Shown: positions 1-10,049, counted from the stretch's first letter. The stretch is 64,000 bases of DNA from Anaerolineales bacterium (GCA_046538105.1 JBKHJO010000008.1:79-64078), one strand, 5' to 3'. Program-made: numbers and translations. Notes: generated by a model not told the origin, from the letters alone.

Positions 1-700
1 CCTGTATCAGCGTCAGTCCCTTGTCCAGCAGTTCTCTGGCCTCGTCGACCTCCTCGCCCTCTGATATATCGATCAACTGCTGAGCGAGCATGACGAACTC
101 GTCCACCGGGTCACGTGCCAGGACGTCCGTGGAGGCATAGTAGGCCAGGACCGCCGGCCAGCGGGCGTCCCGCGTTTCCCCAGGGAAGGGCTCTTTGTTC
201 TGCGAGACCTTTGCCAACCTGGCTCCCGTGGCTTTTAGTGCTTCGAGGGTCTTTTCCATATTGAATCGAGAGACCGGTGTGGGATCTATGCCTCGCATCT
301 GCTTGTGGTAGAAAAAGTGGTATATGCTTTGCACGCCAGAAAGCAACCCCTTGCCCGTGCCGCCAGCGATGGCGATCCCCACAGCGGGTTTGCCGTTGGC
401 CCCCGCGATCTTTACCGCGTCCATGAAATCCTTGGTCAGGCCGTTGATGTCGCCCCAATAGACGGGCGCCCCCAGGGCGATGGCATCGGCCTCCCCGCAC
501 AGTTCCGAGAGTTCGTCTGGACAGAATTGAGAGCCATCAAGGGACCCCGTCGGATTCGTAAAGGATCTGATCTCATAATCTATCAGGTATATCTTTTTAG
601 TGTTCACGCCCTCCTGTGCAGCACCATCCAACAGGGCGTCCACCAGAGCGTTCGTCCTGCCATTCTTTCTTGGACTGCCTACGATACCTAACACCGTCAT
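1..700 (-). CDS. NAD(P)H-dependent FMN reductase / flavodoxin-like fold protein. The 3' end lies beyond the window start.
   Basis: Manual minus-strand translation from ATG at 698-700 gives MTVLGIVGSPRKNGRTNALVDALLDGAAQEGVN...GAPVYWGDINGLTKDFMDAV... with no stop through position 1. GGAGG lies about 12 nt upstream of the start. The SPRxxGxT and YWGDI motifs are typical of PF03358-type flavin reductases. Confidence 0.6.
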   Translation of the reverse strand, partial: MTVLGIVGSPRKNGRTNALVDALLDGAAQEGVNTKKIYLIDYEIRSFTNPTGSLDGSQFCPDELSELCGEADAIALGAPVYWGDINGLTKDFMDAVKIAGANGKPAVGIAIAGGTGKGLLSGVQSIYHFFYHKQMRGIDPTPVSRFNMEKTLEALKATGARLAKVSQNKEPFPGETRDARWPAVLAYYASTDVLARDPVDEFVMLAQQLIDISEGEEVDEARELLDKGLTLIQ

Positions 701-1148
701 TTTACACATTCCTCCCCCTATTCAGGAACCTGTTTTAGCTCGTGACTTGCTACGGATCCATTGTAAAATATCATGCACGCCATGTCAATGATCCTTCGCT
801 TGAGGGTGCACGTAAAGTCTGTTAGAATGACCAGAAACGTCAGCAAGAAGAAACCGATGAGGCAAAAGTGGCGTGAGCGCTTTGGGACGCTGTCCAAATG
901 CCTCGACGCAGGTCGACGCTCGGCGCGTAGCGCCTTTGCGCTGGGCTTTAGACCGAGCATCTTCGTTCTCCGACTTTCGCCGTCTGAAGCCGGCCCGCAA
1001 GGCTTTTCGGCCAATCGTCCGCCTGCGCGGACGAGCAATGACTAACGATCTACAACATTCTCGTGCACCCTCGCTTGATGCTTGACATGGTATGCCGACT
1101 CCACTAAAAGTGGTTTGTGGAAAAAGTTGACCCTGAAGGGAAGAGAAT

Positions 1149-2687
1149 ATGCTGGAGGATTTTGTGTTGGAGCCCGAAAAGAGGACGCCCATCTTTCGTC
1201 GGGTGGACGTGTGCGTGGTGGGTGGCTCGCCCAGCGGTGTGGCGGCGGCTGTGTGCGCGGCGCGCAATGGGGCCAGCGTTATACTGTTGGAGCGCAACCC
1301 CTTTCTTGGTGGGCAGAGCGTGGCCACCATGGTTACCCAGTGGGAGAAGCGGGCCTATATCAATAATCTGGGCGCAGTCTGCACGCGGGGCATCGCCAAA
1401 GAGTTCCTGGATGCCATCGTGGCCGAGGGCGAGTCGGACCGCTTGTGGGGGGATCCCCCAGGTTCCGAGGAGATGCGCGACGGCGAGGAATGGCTGGACC
1501 CAGAGTCTGTCAAGTTGGTCCTGATCGAGTTCTGCGAGGCGGCGGGGGTGGACGTGTTGTGGAGCACGCTGGTCGTTGACGCTATCGTCAGCGAGGGGGA
1601 CTCGTCTCCCAAGGTGGAGGGCGTGATCATAGAGAACAAGAGCGGCCGCCAGGCCGTCCTTGCCGATGTGGTCGTGGATGCCTCGGCCGATCTCGACGTG
1701 GTGTGGCACGCGGTGGGCGAGGAGGGCGTGATCGTCAGCCCGGTGGAGGAGCGGATTGGCGGTGGCATCTATACCTATTATGGGGGTGTCGATAACAGCA
1801 CCTTTGTGGAGTACTGTCTGAGCACCGGTACCGTGCAGGGTTATCCTCGGTTCTCAAATCCGGACAAGGTGTGGAGACACCTCCACACGGACCGCCTTAT
1901 TTTGCTGCAAGGCTTTGATGACATTGTAGAGCAGGCTGCGCAGGAGGGGTTGCTGGGGCCCTTTTACGAGATGGAACGGGATTCCGAGCTGCTTCGGGAG
2001 AGAAGGAAGGATGGAGCCCTTTCCATGAAATGGGTGGGACGCGACCGATGGATAGGCCGGGGCTCGTTTTTGTCATTGAAACCTTTTGATATGACCCGGG
2101 CGGAAGAGGTGACCCGGTGCGAGATGCTGCTGACCAGGGCGAGTCATTATCTACTGCCTATCCTGAAAAAGGTTCCGGGATGGGAGCACGCTTACGTGGC
2201 GCGCACCGCCCAGCGCATGGGGCGGCGTGAGACGAGGGTGCTGCGTGCCGTGACCATGTTGGGCAAGGAGGATATCTTTGATCCCGATCATGATCGTCCC
2301 GATGCCATTGGCCGCTCCGGGGCTCACGATCCGGGCAAGAACAGGTTATGGAAAGCCTATCCCATCCCCTACGGGATGCTGGTTCCGCAAGAACTCGATG
2401 GCGTGATCTGTGCGGCACGGGCCCTGGGATTCAGGGATAGGGTGGCCCTGGATGCCCATCGGGGAATTACGCCCACCATCGTGGTAGGTCAGGCGGCGGG
2501 CACGGCGGCCGCCCTCGCGGCAAAAGAGGGGGTAGAGATACGGGATGTGGATCTCACCGAATTGCGCCGTCTTCTGCGGCGGGCGGACGTCGTCCTCGAC
2601 GTGGAGACGAGAGCATTGGAAACCGTTCCTTATCACATGGGCAATGGGGGCAGGATCAACCATGCGGATGAGGCGCCGTTTGTCTAG
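1149..2687 (+). CDS. FAD-dependent oxidoreductase (PF12831-like), paralog A
   Basis: 512 aa ORF. The N-terminal Rossmann dinucleotide motif is VCVVGGSPSGVAAAVCAARNGASVILLER. The C-terminal GQAAGTAAALA motif is shared with the ORF at 13990-15372. Confidence 0.75.
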   Translation: MLEDFVLEPEKRTPIFRRVDVCVVGGSPSGVAAAVCAARNGASVILLERNPFLGGQSVATMVTQWEKRAYINNLGAVCTRGIAKEFLDAIVAEGESDRLWGDPPGSEEMRDGEEWLDPESVKLVLIEFCEAAGVDVLWSTLVVDAIVSEGDSSPKVEGVIIENKSGRQAVLADVVVDASADLDVVWHAVGEEGVIVSPVEERIGGGIYTYYGGVDNSTFVEYCLSTGTVQGYPRFSNPDKVWRHLHTDRLILLQGFDDIVEQAAQEGLLGPFYEMERDSELLRERRKDGALSMKWVGRDRWIGRGSFLSLKPFDMTRAEEVTRCEMLLTRASHYLLPILKKVPGWEHAYVARTAQRMGRRETRVLRAVTMLGKEDIFDPDHDRPDAIGRSGAHDPGKNRLWKAYPIPYGMLVPQELDGVICAARALGFRDRVALDAHRGITPTIVVGQAAGTAAALAAKEGVEIRDVDLTELRRLLRRADVVLDVETRALETVPYHMGNGGRINHADEAPFV

Positions 2688-2698
2688 TAGCCGAAGGA

Positions 2699-3322
2699 TC
2701 AGGCGATCTGCTGCCGTCCCTGTACTTGCACGGTAAAATCAGCCACGCCCCCACCCAGAGCATAGTACTTGAGTTCGAAAGAGAGGGTCTCACCAGGAGA
2801 AAAGAGGCCGCGGGCCACCAGGTAGGGGCTTAGGACGCCCACTACCTTACCCGTGGCATCATAGAGCGTACCGGCCACCTTGACGTGGCTTGAGGAAAGC
2901 ACGCCCTGATTGCTCAACAGCCCGACGATGGCGCAGTGCAGATCGGCCCTTTCAATGTCTCGGAAGTGGAGTTTGTTCACGGTGAGTCCGTAATAAGGCT
3001 GGGGGCTCTGGGGATCGTCAAAATCATGTAGGTGGCCTTCCATGCGAATATTATAGGTGCTCCACCCCTCTGGGGGCTTTTGAAAGCGGATGTGAAAGGG
3101 ATTCTTTGAATGGGGTGGCGTCCACTCCAGGCCCAGAATGTCGCTCTCCTCGGCCAGGAGATCCCCCTCGCTGTCCAAAAGGCGGATGGTTACGCGTACC
3201 CATCGCTGGGTCTTTTCCCCCAGGTTCAGCACCTCCCCCCAAAAGTGGAGTCGGTTCTGAGCGTCCTGGGCGAGATTCAAGCCATTTATCATTAGGTCGG
3301 CCATGGATGATTCTCCATACAC
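2699..3322 (-). CDS. Hypothetical protein with two tandem FxLYD-like beta-sandwich domains
   Basis: 207 aa ORF with an internal duplication. Copy 1 reads GEVLNLGEKTQRWVRVTIRLLDSEGDLL and copy 2 reads GLLSNQGVLSSSHVKVAGTLYDATGKVVG...SPGETLSFEL. Both resemble the FxLYD domain signature. It sits directly downstream of dnaA where dnaN is usually expected. Confidence 0.45.
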   Translation of the reverse strand: MYGESSMADLMINGLNLAQDAQNRLHFWGEVLNLGEKTQRWVRVTIRLLDSEGDLLAEESDILGLEWTPPHSKNPFHIRFQKPPEGWSTYNIRMEGHLHDFDDPQSPQPYYGLTVNKLHFRDIERADLHCAIVGLLSNQGVLSSSHVKVAGTLYDATGKVVGVLSPYLVARGLFSPGETLSFELKYYALGGGVADFTVQVQGRQQIA

Positions 3323-3515
3323 GATTTCCCCATACAGGGGTGGACCACGCTGAGCCCACTCTTAATGTATAACAAAAGGTCTTGTACAACCTGTAAAAAG
3401 TTGCTATTTGTGCCCACCCATATATTGTGGCCGCATCTTTCAAGATGATGGATTTTACACAATATATAGTCCATCTTCAATTTGGGGCAACTATGGTGTG
3501 ATGTCGAAAACGGGC
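3323..3515. promoter_or_regulatory. AT-rich non-coding island downstream of dnaA. Candidate DNA-unwinding element or second half of oriC.
   Basis: This 193-bp segment is strongly AT-rich relative to the surrounding ~60% GC. It contains degenerate DnaA-box-like 9-mers, for example TTTTACACA. It lies between the dnaA stop and the start of the 207-aa gene. Confidence 0.35.
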
Positions 3516-4886
3516 TTAGTTGGGTTGGTGTACTCTTTGGCGATTCCCATAGAGTTTGCTTTTAATATCCAGCACCTGCTGGCGCAACTCGTCGTCCTTG
3601 TCAAAGAGTTCCTCGATCTTGTCATGACCGTGCATGATCGTCGTATGATCGCGGCCTCCGAGTTTGTCCCCGATCTGTGGAAAGGACAGATCGGTCAGTT
3701 CGCGCGCCAGATACATGCCTACCTGTCGTGGTACGGCTATGGCGCGCGTGCGGCGGCGCCCAGTAAGGTCGTCCACGCGGAGGTTGAAATACTCGGCAAC
3801 CGTATTCAGGATATTGTCGATAGTCAGTTCCCGCGTGGGCTGACTTATATGTCCCAGCGCCTTCTCTGCCGTTTCCAGGTTGATGGGATAATCCATCATG
3901 CGGGTCAGGGCCAGCACACTGTTCAGGGAACCCTCCAGTTCGCGGATATTGCTCTGGCTTTGCTGGGCTATGAACTCTACCACCTGGCTCGGCAGTGTGA
4001 CGTTGAGAGCCTCGGCCTTGGATACGACGATGGCCATGCGCGTCTCCAGATCGGGGGCTTGGATGTCGGCCGTCAGACCCCATTCGAACCGCGAGCGCAG
4101 CCGTTCCTCCAGGCCCACAAAGGCCTTTGGGGGGCGGTCGCTGGAGAGCACGATCTGGCGGTTCTCGTGGTACAGGTCATTGAAAGTATGAAAGAACTCT
4201 TCCTGCGTGCGTTCCTTGTTGATCAAAAACTGCACGTCGTCCAGGAGAAGTATATCGATGGTACGATACTTGGCCCGGAAATCGTCGGTGGTCTGATCGC
4301 GTATGGCGTTGATGAGGCCGTTGGTAAAAGTCTCTGCCGAGACGTAGAGAACCTTTTTCTGTTCCTTAAAGCCCTTGTTGCCGATGGCGTGCAGCAGGTG
4401 GGTTTTACCCAGCCCGACACCCCCGTATATGAACAGAGGATTGTATGATAGCCCCGGATTTTCCGCCACGGCCAGGCAGCCGGCGTGGGCCAGGCGGTTC
4501 GATTGCCCCACGATAAAGTTGTCAAAACGATATTTGGGATTAACCCGTGACATGCCATTTCTTCTGTCTCTGGGTTTAGGCTCTTGCTGGGAGAGGACCG
4601 ACTTTTCCAGGAGTTCCAGATCACTTCTCCCATCGTGTGTGTTCCGTTGTACTATGAAACGGAGGTTTGTCGTGTGGTTGGCGATATTCGTCACGGTGCG
4701 CTGAATATCCGCGTATAGGCGGTTTTCGAGCCAGTCTTTGGCATAGGCAGAGTGTACCCCTACGACGAGGACATCGTCCTCATAGGAGATGACCTCTGTA
4801 TCCTTGATCCACGTATCGTATGTAGGGCTGTCAAGTTGAAGCTCGAGTTGTCCGAGCGCCGTCTGCCAAAGTTGGTTTGCATCCAT
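3516..4886 (-). CDS. dnaA: Chromosomal replication initiator protein DnaA
   Basis: 456 aa ORF. The N terminus reads MDANQLWQTALGQLELQL. The Walker A motif is GGVGLGKTHLLHAIGN. The AAA+ core and the C-terminal DNA-binding domain (ARELTDLSFPQIGDKLGGRDHTTIMHG) are present. Confidence 0.96.
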   Translation of the reverse strand: MDANQLWQTALGQLELQLDSPTYDTWIKDTEVISYEDDVLVVGVHSAYAKDWLENRLYADIQRTVTNIANHTTNLRFIVQRNTHDGRSDLELLEKSVLSQQEPKPRDRRNGMSRVNPKYRFDNFIVGQSNRLAHAGCLAVAENPGLSYNPLFIYGGVGLGKTHLLHAIGNKGFKEQKKVLYVSAETFTNGLINAIRDQTTDDFRAKYRTIDILLLDDVQFLINKERTQEEFFHTFNDLYHENRQIVLSSDRPPKAFVGLEERLRSRFEWGLTADIQAPDLETRMAIVVSKAEALNVTLPSQVVEFIAQQSQSNIRELEGSLNSVLALTRMMDYPINLETAEKALGHISQPTRELTIDNILNTVAEYFNLRVDDLTGRRRTRAIAVPRQVGMYLARELTDLSFPQIGDKLGGRDHTTIMHGHDKIEELFDKDDELRQQVLDIKSKLYGNRQRVHQPN

Positions 4887-5366
4887 ATATGTTTACTCCC
4901 AAGGTGTCTGGGTTACGTAACTGTCACCACGTCTTTTGCAGGCATTGTCCCTAAGATATGTCCAAAACGGCTATGGAGATGGGTTACTTCCCCTGAAACT
5001 GTTATAACCAGGTACATCATTTGACATCAGAGGGTTGGAATGTGATCTCGGGTGTAGGGGGCAAGTCTTATATCGTTCTGTCAGCGCCGTGTCCCAAAAG
5101 CACTTTGCAGAGTAGAGGGTTCATCCTTCCCAATAGGTAAATCCCTGGAAAAAGGTGCCGTGGCCGCCAAGTATCCTCTCATTCACAACCGTGAGCAATT
5201 CTATCATCTTGGCGGCGTTTTGACAAGGGAAAAATCGCCCTTTTGGGACCCTTTTAACCGTTTCCTTTCCCCGAACCACGACATGTAGGGGTAAGGTTCT
5301 CACATCCTACTATATGTTGTGGATAAATTCGTCCGTCAATTTTAGGTATATCATTCTAGTGAGCAT
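4887..5366. promoter_or_regulatory. Putative oriC and dnaA promoter region (480-bp AT-rich divergent intergenic region)
   Basis: This is the longest non-coding stretch in the window. It is AT-rich and lies immediately upstream of dnaA. It contains a perfect DnaA box plus degenerate boxes such as TCATTCACA. Confidence 0.5.
5318..5326 (-). promoter_or_regulatory. Perfect DnaA box. TGTGGATAA on the plus strand equals TTATCCACA on the minus strand.
   Basis: Exact 9/9 match to the canonical DnaA-box consensus, read directly from the sequence. Confidence 0.6.
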
Positions 5367-7700
5367 ATGCTTGGGGAGATTGTCCTTTTGCGCTATAATC
5401 GTGTCCAATGTCGCATATTTCCGTTGGAGATTCATTTGGCCTCTCGATCCTTTTGGCTGTTCGCTGTCCTTGGCACCCTCGTTCTCTGTACATGCATCCT
5501 GGGCTGTTCCCTCCGAGATCCTGTGCTCACTGGGCGGGTGCGCGATAGCGAAGATGGAAGGGGCATTCCCCATGCTCACATCGAGATCGCGGGGCAGGAT
5601 CTGTCCACCGATGAGGAGGGCCAGTTCGATATTCGCCTTGACCTTGGTCGTTACCACGTCGCAGTGTCTGCCTTTGGCTATGTCAGGGAGTCCTTTACTG
5701 TTCGTCTGCACGAGGGGACGGAGCGCTATGTTTGCGATGTAGATCTGGAGCGGAGGAGGATTCGCGGGCAGGTCTTTGATGCCTCGACACGGCAACCCTT
5801 GTCCGACGTGCAGGTATCCTCCGGCAATATCACGGGGACGACGGAAACGGACGGCAACTTTGTCCTGTCCTATCCGGAGCGCCAGTCGCTTTCCTTCACC
5901 GAGCCTTGCTATCATGATGAAAGAGTCTCCGGTGAGGAGATAGAGACCCGTTTCACGATGTCTGGTACTCTGACCGAGCCCCTATCGGTCTTTTTAGCGC
6001 CACACTCTGTCGAGGGGATCGTCCGTGAGGAGGGCTCGCGGGAGCCGGTGGCTGGGGCGCGCATTCGCGTTGGAGAGACCACGACCCAAAGCGATGAGGA
6101 GGGGCGCTATCGTTTGATGTGCCTTTCTTCGGGCAGCGCCATTGCTTTTTCCTCTTCCGCGCATCATCCTTATACGCTTACTTATGAGAGCGATCTCGGG
6201 GACGTGTTTCTGACGCCTTGGCGGACAGAGGTCCGTGTCCTTGACGCATCTACCGGCAAGCCCCTTGCTCAAGCGCGTCTCGCCTCTTCTCGCGATGAGG
6301 TCCTTACCGATGCGGATGGATGGGGGCGGGTGCGCGTTCCCCTGGAGGAGAAGGTGCATGTATCCCACGATGGTTATCATGTAGAGGAACTGCTTTTCAC
6401 GGGGCAATCTTCCATAGAAGTATCCTTGCGCCCCTCCCGGTTGACGCTGGAGTTGGTGGATGCGGCGACGGGAGCGCCGGTGGAGACCGCCCACGCCGTG
6501 GTCTATTCGTCGGAAGATCGTTCTCCCACGGTGCTTCGCTTGGATGAGGAGGGCGAGTTCGTGCTGGATGACGTCTTTGGCGTTCAGGAGTGTCTGATCA
6601 AGGCACCGGGCTATGTGAGGGCGTCGGTGCAGGTAACGCAGACGGGGCACATATCCATCCCCCTCGAGCAGCATAGAGTATATGGGCTGTATGTTCCCTT
6701 TGGACTCCTTACGCTGCCCGAGCGCCTCTCCGAGATATTGGATCTCGTGGAAACATCCGATAAGATCAATGGCATTGTAGTCGATGTAAAGGGCGATCGG
6801 GCGCGCCTCGCCTGGCGCAGCGAACTGCCGCTGGCCCAGGATGTAGGAGCCTATCAACAGGGCGTGGTGGATCTGCAGGCCTTTGTACAAGAGTGTAACG
6901 AGCGGGGTGTCTATACCATCGCGCGTATGGTGATATTCAAGGATGATCTTCTGGCCCAGGAGCGTCCCGAATGGGCCGTAAAGCGGGAAAGCGGCGAGTT
7001 CTATCTGGATTGGGAGAATCTGCGCTGGACTGACCCCTTTCGACAGGAGGTACGGGATTACAATATCGCTCTGGCCCTTGAGGTGATCGAGATGGGCTTC
7101 GATGAGGTTCAGTTCGATTATCTGCGCTTCCCCTCCGATGGGAAGGTGAGCGACCTGGTCTATGAGCAGGAGAGCACTTTTGAGACGCGCACGGCGGCCA
7201 TGGATGCCTTTTGTGCTCAGGCTTACGAGGAGTTCTCGAAAACGCCGGCATTCTTTTCCGCCGACGTCTTTGGGCTGACTGTCTGGGTGGATCCGGGCCG
7301 TGATCTGGGGATCGGACAGCGCATCAATGACATCGCTCCCCACGTGGACTATATCTCGCCCATGCTCTATCCCACCACGTTCATTCCGGGCAATCTCGGC
7401 TTTGACGAGCCCGCCCGATATCCCTATGAAGTAATCTATCATAGTGTGGTCAAACTGCAGGAGCGGGTCACAGTACCGGTGCGTCCCTGGCTGCAGCACT
7501 ATTCCTTGGGCAGAACTCCCTATGGGATATCGCATTATCTCCTGCAAAGAAAAGCAGCCGAAGATGCCGAGGGTATGGGATGGCTCTTTTGGAACTCGAG
7601 GGGCAGGTACGAGGAGGCCGTGCTTGAGGCGGATCCTTATCATCGGTTGGAAAGAATTCCTTCCCCTCCGCAAGACGAAGCAGAAGAGGCCCTCAACTGA
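5367..7700 (+). CDS. Lipoprotein with five carboxypeptidase-regulatory-like (CarbPepD_reg) repeats followed by a DUF4015/GHL-type putative glycoside hydrolase TIM-barrel domain
   Basis: 777 aa ORF. It begins with a signal peptide and lipobox (LVLCTCILGCS). Five repeats of about 80 aa each carry G.V.D...G.P...A.V / ..TDE.G.F motifs. The C-terminal domain reads GIVVDVKGD...DEVQFDYLRFP, typical of PF13200. The true start may be an internal TTG/GTG just upstream of the signal peptide. Confidence 0.7.
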   Translation: MLGEIVLLRYNRVQCRIFPLEIHLASRSFWLFAVLGTLVLCTCILGCSLRDPVLTGRVRDSEDGRGIPHAHIEIAGQDLSTDEEGQFDIRLDLGRYHVAVSAFGYVRESFTVRLHEGTERYVCDVDLERRRIRGQVFDASTRQPLSDVQVSSGNITGTTETDGNFVLSYPERQSLSFTEPCYHDERVSGEEIETRFTMSGTLTEPLSVFLAPHSVEGIVREEGSREPVAGARIRVGETTTQSDEEGRYRLMCLSSGSAIAFSSSAHHPYTLTYESDLGDVFLTPWRTEVRVLDASTGKPLAQARLASSRDEVLTDADGWGRVRVPLEEKVHVSHDGYHVEELLFTGQSSIEVSLRPSRLTLELVDAATGAPVETAHAVVYSSEDRSPTVLRLDEEGEFVLDDVFGVQECLIKAPGYVRASVQVTQTGHISIPLEQHRVYGLYVPFGLLTLPERLSEILDLVETSDKINGIVVDVKGDRARLAWRSELPLAQDVGAYQQGVVDLQAFVQECNERGVYTIARMVIFKDDLLAQERPEWAVKRESGEFYLDWENLRWTDPFRQEVRDYNIALALEVIEMGFDEVQFDYLRFPSDGKVSDLVYEQESTFETRTAAMDAFCAQAYEEFSKTPAFFSADVFGLTVWVDPGRDLGIGQRINDIAPHVDYISPMLYPTTFIPGNLGFDEPARYPYEVIYHSVVKLQERVTVPVRPWLQHYSLGRTPYGISHYLLQRKAAEDAEGMGWLFWNSRGRYEEAVLEADPYHRLERIPSPPQDEAEEALN

Positions 7701-7777
7701 TTCCCTCCCGTGTCAGCACAGGGCCTCCTGTCCCCGCCTAAGCGTGGGACGGATTAGCAATCCGCCCCATGCCTTTC

Positions 7778-8689
7778 TTATTCCCTGATGGGCAAAAGGT
7801 CCTTGGTGACCTTGCAGATCATGGTGTACGCCGGGTCGTAGACGTTACCCACGTCGTACTCGACACATTGGCCCAATAGGGTGCTGGCTGACCGGTGATC
7901 CAGGCCGTAAGCGCTTTCCAGCCAGCGCAGCATCTCTGTGGTGGCATGCTGCAGGGCCTGATCCAGGGGGCGCGCATTTCCCGCTGTAAATATATAGTCC
8001 TCATTCTCCCCGCGGGGCCACTGGGCTCCCATCTCTTTGAGGATATGCACGGTGAGTTGGACATCCATGGATATCTCGATGCCCGTGCCCACGATCTCTC
8101 CATCGCCCTGCACGGCGTGGCCATCACCGGTAAAGAGGAGTGCTCCCTCCTCAAAAACTGGAAAATAGACGGTGGCGCCTTCCACCAGGGCGCGATAGTC
8201 CATATTGCCCCCGTGCTCGGCAGAGGTGGCCGACGAGATGGCCTGGTGGCGCTTGGGAGCCACGCCCAGGCATCCCAGCAAGGGCGCCAGGAAAAGTGTG
8301 AGATGTCCCAGTTCCGTCTCTGGCTCCACGAGGGTGGCGGTGCCCTTTTCGATATCCATCTCCCACTGGGCCAGCACGTCTTTGGGCATTTCACGGACAA
8401 AGGGCGCGTCAACGATGTGGTCGGCGATCACCGTGCGACTCCACCCCCGGGAGCGGTTGGGCACCACTTTGTCGATGTGTACGCGCAGCGTGTCCCCTGG
8501 TTTTGCCCCCCTGATATAAAAGGGCCCGGTGAGGGGGTTGCCCCTCTCGGCCACCTTACATCCCTCCTTGTCTTTGCCCCGCGCATCGAGGGTTGTGGTT
8601 ATGATGGTATCGCCGTCGTCCACCTCCAGAACCGGATCATAGGGGCCAAAGGCGTTGTAAAAGTGATCTGGTGCAAATCGATGTTCCAT
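7778..8689 (-). CDS. Formamidase/acetamidase (FmdA_AmdA family)
   Basis: The ORF track gives 351 aa from 8833. The real start is probably the ATG at 8687-8689 (MEHRFAPDHFYNAFGPYDPVLEV...) with GGAGG 7 nt upstream, which yields 304 aa. Conserved formamidase blocks include GPFYIRGAKPGD and HGGNMD. Confidence 0.75.
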   Translation of the reverse strand: MEHRFAPDHFYNAFGPYDPVLEVDDGDTIITTTLDARGKDKEGCKVAERGNPLTGPFYIRGAKPGDTLRVHIDKVVPNRSRGWSRTVIADHIVDAPFVREMPKDVLAQWEMDIEKGTATLVEPETELGHLTLFLAPLLGCLGVAPKRHQAISSATSAEHGGNMDYRALVEGATVYFPVFEEGALLFTGDGHAVQGDGEIVGTGIEISMDVQLTVHILKEMGAQWPRGENEDYIFTAGNARPLDQALQHATTEMLRWLESAYGLDHRSASTLLGQCVEYDVGNVYDPAYTMICKVTKDLLPIRE

Positions 8690-8957
8690 GGTCTGCCTCC
8701 CGTAGAAAATAGTGAAATCTTGTTTCGTCGGATCACGTGTGTCGAAGCATAGTATATCGTCTCTCGTCGCCAATGCAACGATGGTAGGTCTTGGGTGGGG
8801 TGGATCGAATGGTGAGCGTCTCATCCCCGCCAATTCTCCTGCGATTTTTCCTTCATGAGTTGCTGGAGAAGGGGGCTGCGTGGTAAGATAGGGTATGGAT
8901 AAGGCCTGACCATATTAGAATTTACGGGATCGTTCTGCCAAAAAAAGGGGGAAATCG

Positions 8958-10049
8958 ATGATCATACAGCGTCTGGAAACCTATACAAAGGATCCTTTAA
9001 GTTTTGTGCGCGTGGTCACCGATGACGGTGCCGAGGGGATGGGGCAGATGTCGACCTATAACGCCGACATCTCGGCTCAGGTGTTCCATCGTCAGGTGGC
9101 CCCCGTGGCTCTGGGAGCCGACGCCGAGGATATCGACGCCCTGGTGGACCACGTAATCGAGGAGACGTACAAGTTCCCCGGCTCTTATGTTTGCCGCGCC
9201 CTCACCGGCCTCGATACTGCCCTCTGGGACCTAAAGGGTGAACTGGAAGGAAAGAGCGTCTGCGAGTTGTTGGGAGGAAAGCCTCGCCCCCTGATGCCCT
9301 ATGGCTCTTCTATGCGCCGGGATATCACCCCCGAGGCCGAGGCCGAGCGTCTCCTTCGCCTGCGGGAGGAATATGGCTATCGATCTTTCAAGATTCGCGT
9401 GGGGAAGGTGACGGGACATGATGAGGATCAGTGGCCGGGTCGCACGGAGGCGCTGGTGCCCACGGTGCGTGAGGCTCTCGGGGACGACGTGGATCTGAAG
9501 GTGGATGGAAATAGTTGCTACACCCCGGACAAGGCTATCGAGGTGGCACACCTGCTGAAGGAGAACGACGTCTCGCATTTTGAGGAGCCCTGCCCCTACT
9601 GGGAATTGTACTGGACGGCTCGCGTGACCCGTTTCCAGGATGTTCCCGTGGCCGGTGGCGAGCAGGACTATGACCTGAAGCAATGGGAGCGCATCACCTG
9701 GATGCACGCCGTGGATATCGCCCAACCCGACATCTGTTACATCGGCGGGATGAGTCGGGCGCTACGGGCAGCGGAGATGGCCGCGAAGGCTGGGATGCCC
9801 TGCGTGCCCCACTCGGCCAACCGCTCCCTGGTGACCGTTTTTACCCTGCATCTGCTGGGGGCCATTTCCAACGCCGGGCCCCATTTCGAGTTCTCCATCG
9901 AGGAGACGCCCTGGACGGACGATCTGTTCTCGCCGGCGCTGGAAGTGAACGACGGCTATGTGGATATTCCCGCGGGTCCCGGCTGGGGTGTGGAGATCAA
10001 CCCCGAGTGGCTGGCCTCCGCCGAGCGGGAGATTAGCGAATTATCATAG
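8958..10049 (+). CDS. Enolase-superfamily enzyme (mandelate racemase / muconate lactonizing enzyme family; sugar-acid dehydratase-like)
   Basis: 363 aa ORF. N-terminal capping domain reads ALWDLKGELEGKSVCELLGG. The barrel domain has a KxK-like motif (FKIRVGK) and a metal ligand region (DLKVDGN...FEEP...). Confidence 0.8.
   Translation: MIIQRLETYTKDPLSFVRVVTDDGAEGMGQMSTYNADISAQVFHRQVAPVALGADAEDIDALVDHVIEETYKFPGSYVCRALTGLDTALWDLKGELEGKSVCELLGGKPRPLMPYGSSMRRDITPEAEAERLLRLREEYGYRSFKIRVGKVTGHDEDQWPGRTEALVPTVREALGDDVDLKVDGNSCYTPDKAIEVAHLLKENDVSHFEEPCPYWELYWTARVTRFQDVPVAGGEQDYDLKQWERITWMHAVDIAQPDICYIGGMSRALRAAEMAAKAGMPCVPHSANRSLVTVFTLHLLGAISNAGPHFEFSIEETPWTDDLFSPALEVNDGYVDIPAGPGWGVEINPEWLASAEREISELS

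Noticed and set aside
3408-4448. 346-aa plus-strand ORF
   Set aside because: Antisense to dnaA.
5994-7673. 559-aa ORF on the minus strand
   Set aside because: It lies entirely antisense to the 777-aa CarbPepD_reg/DUF4015 lipoprotein gene, which has clear domain structure. It has Arg/Pro/Gly-rich composition typical of GC-rich shadow frames and no RBS.
7741-7763. Imperfect hairpin GGGACGGATT-AGC-AATCCGCCCC between two convergent genes
   Set aside because: Plausible bidirectional terminator, but the stem has a mismatch and there is no U-tract. Too weak to list as a feature.
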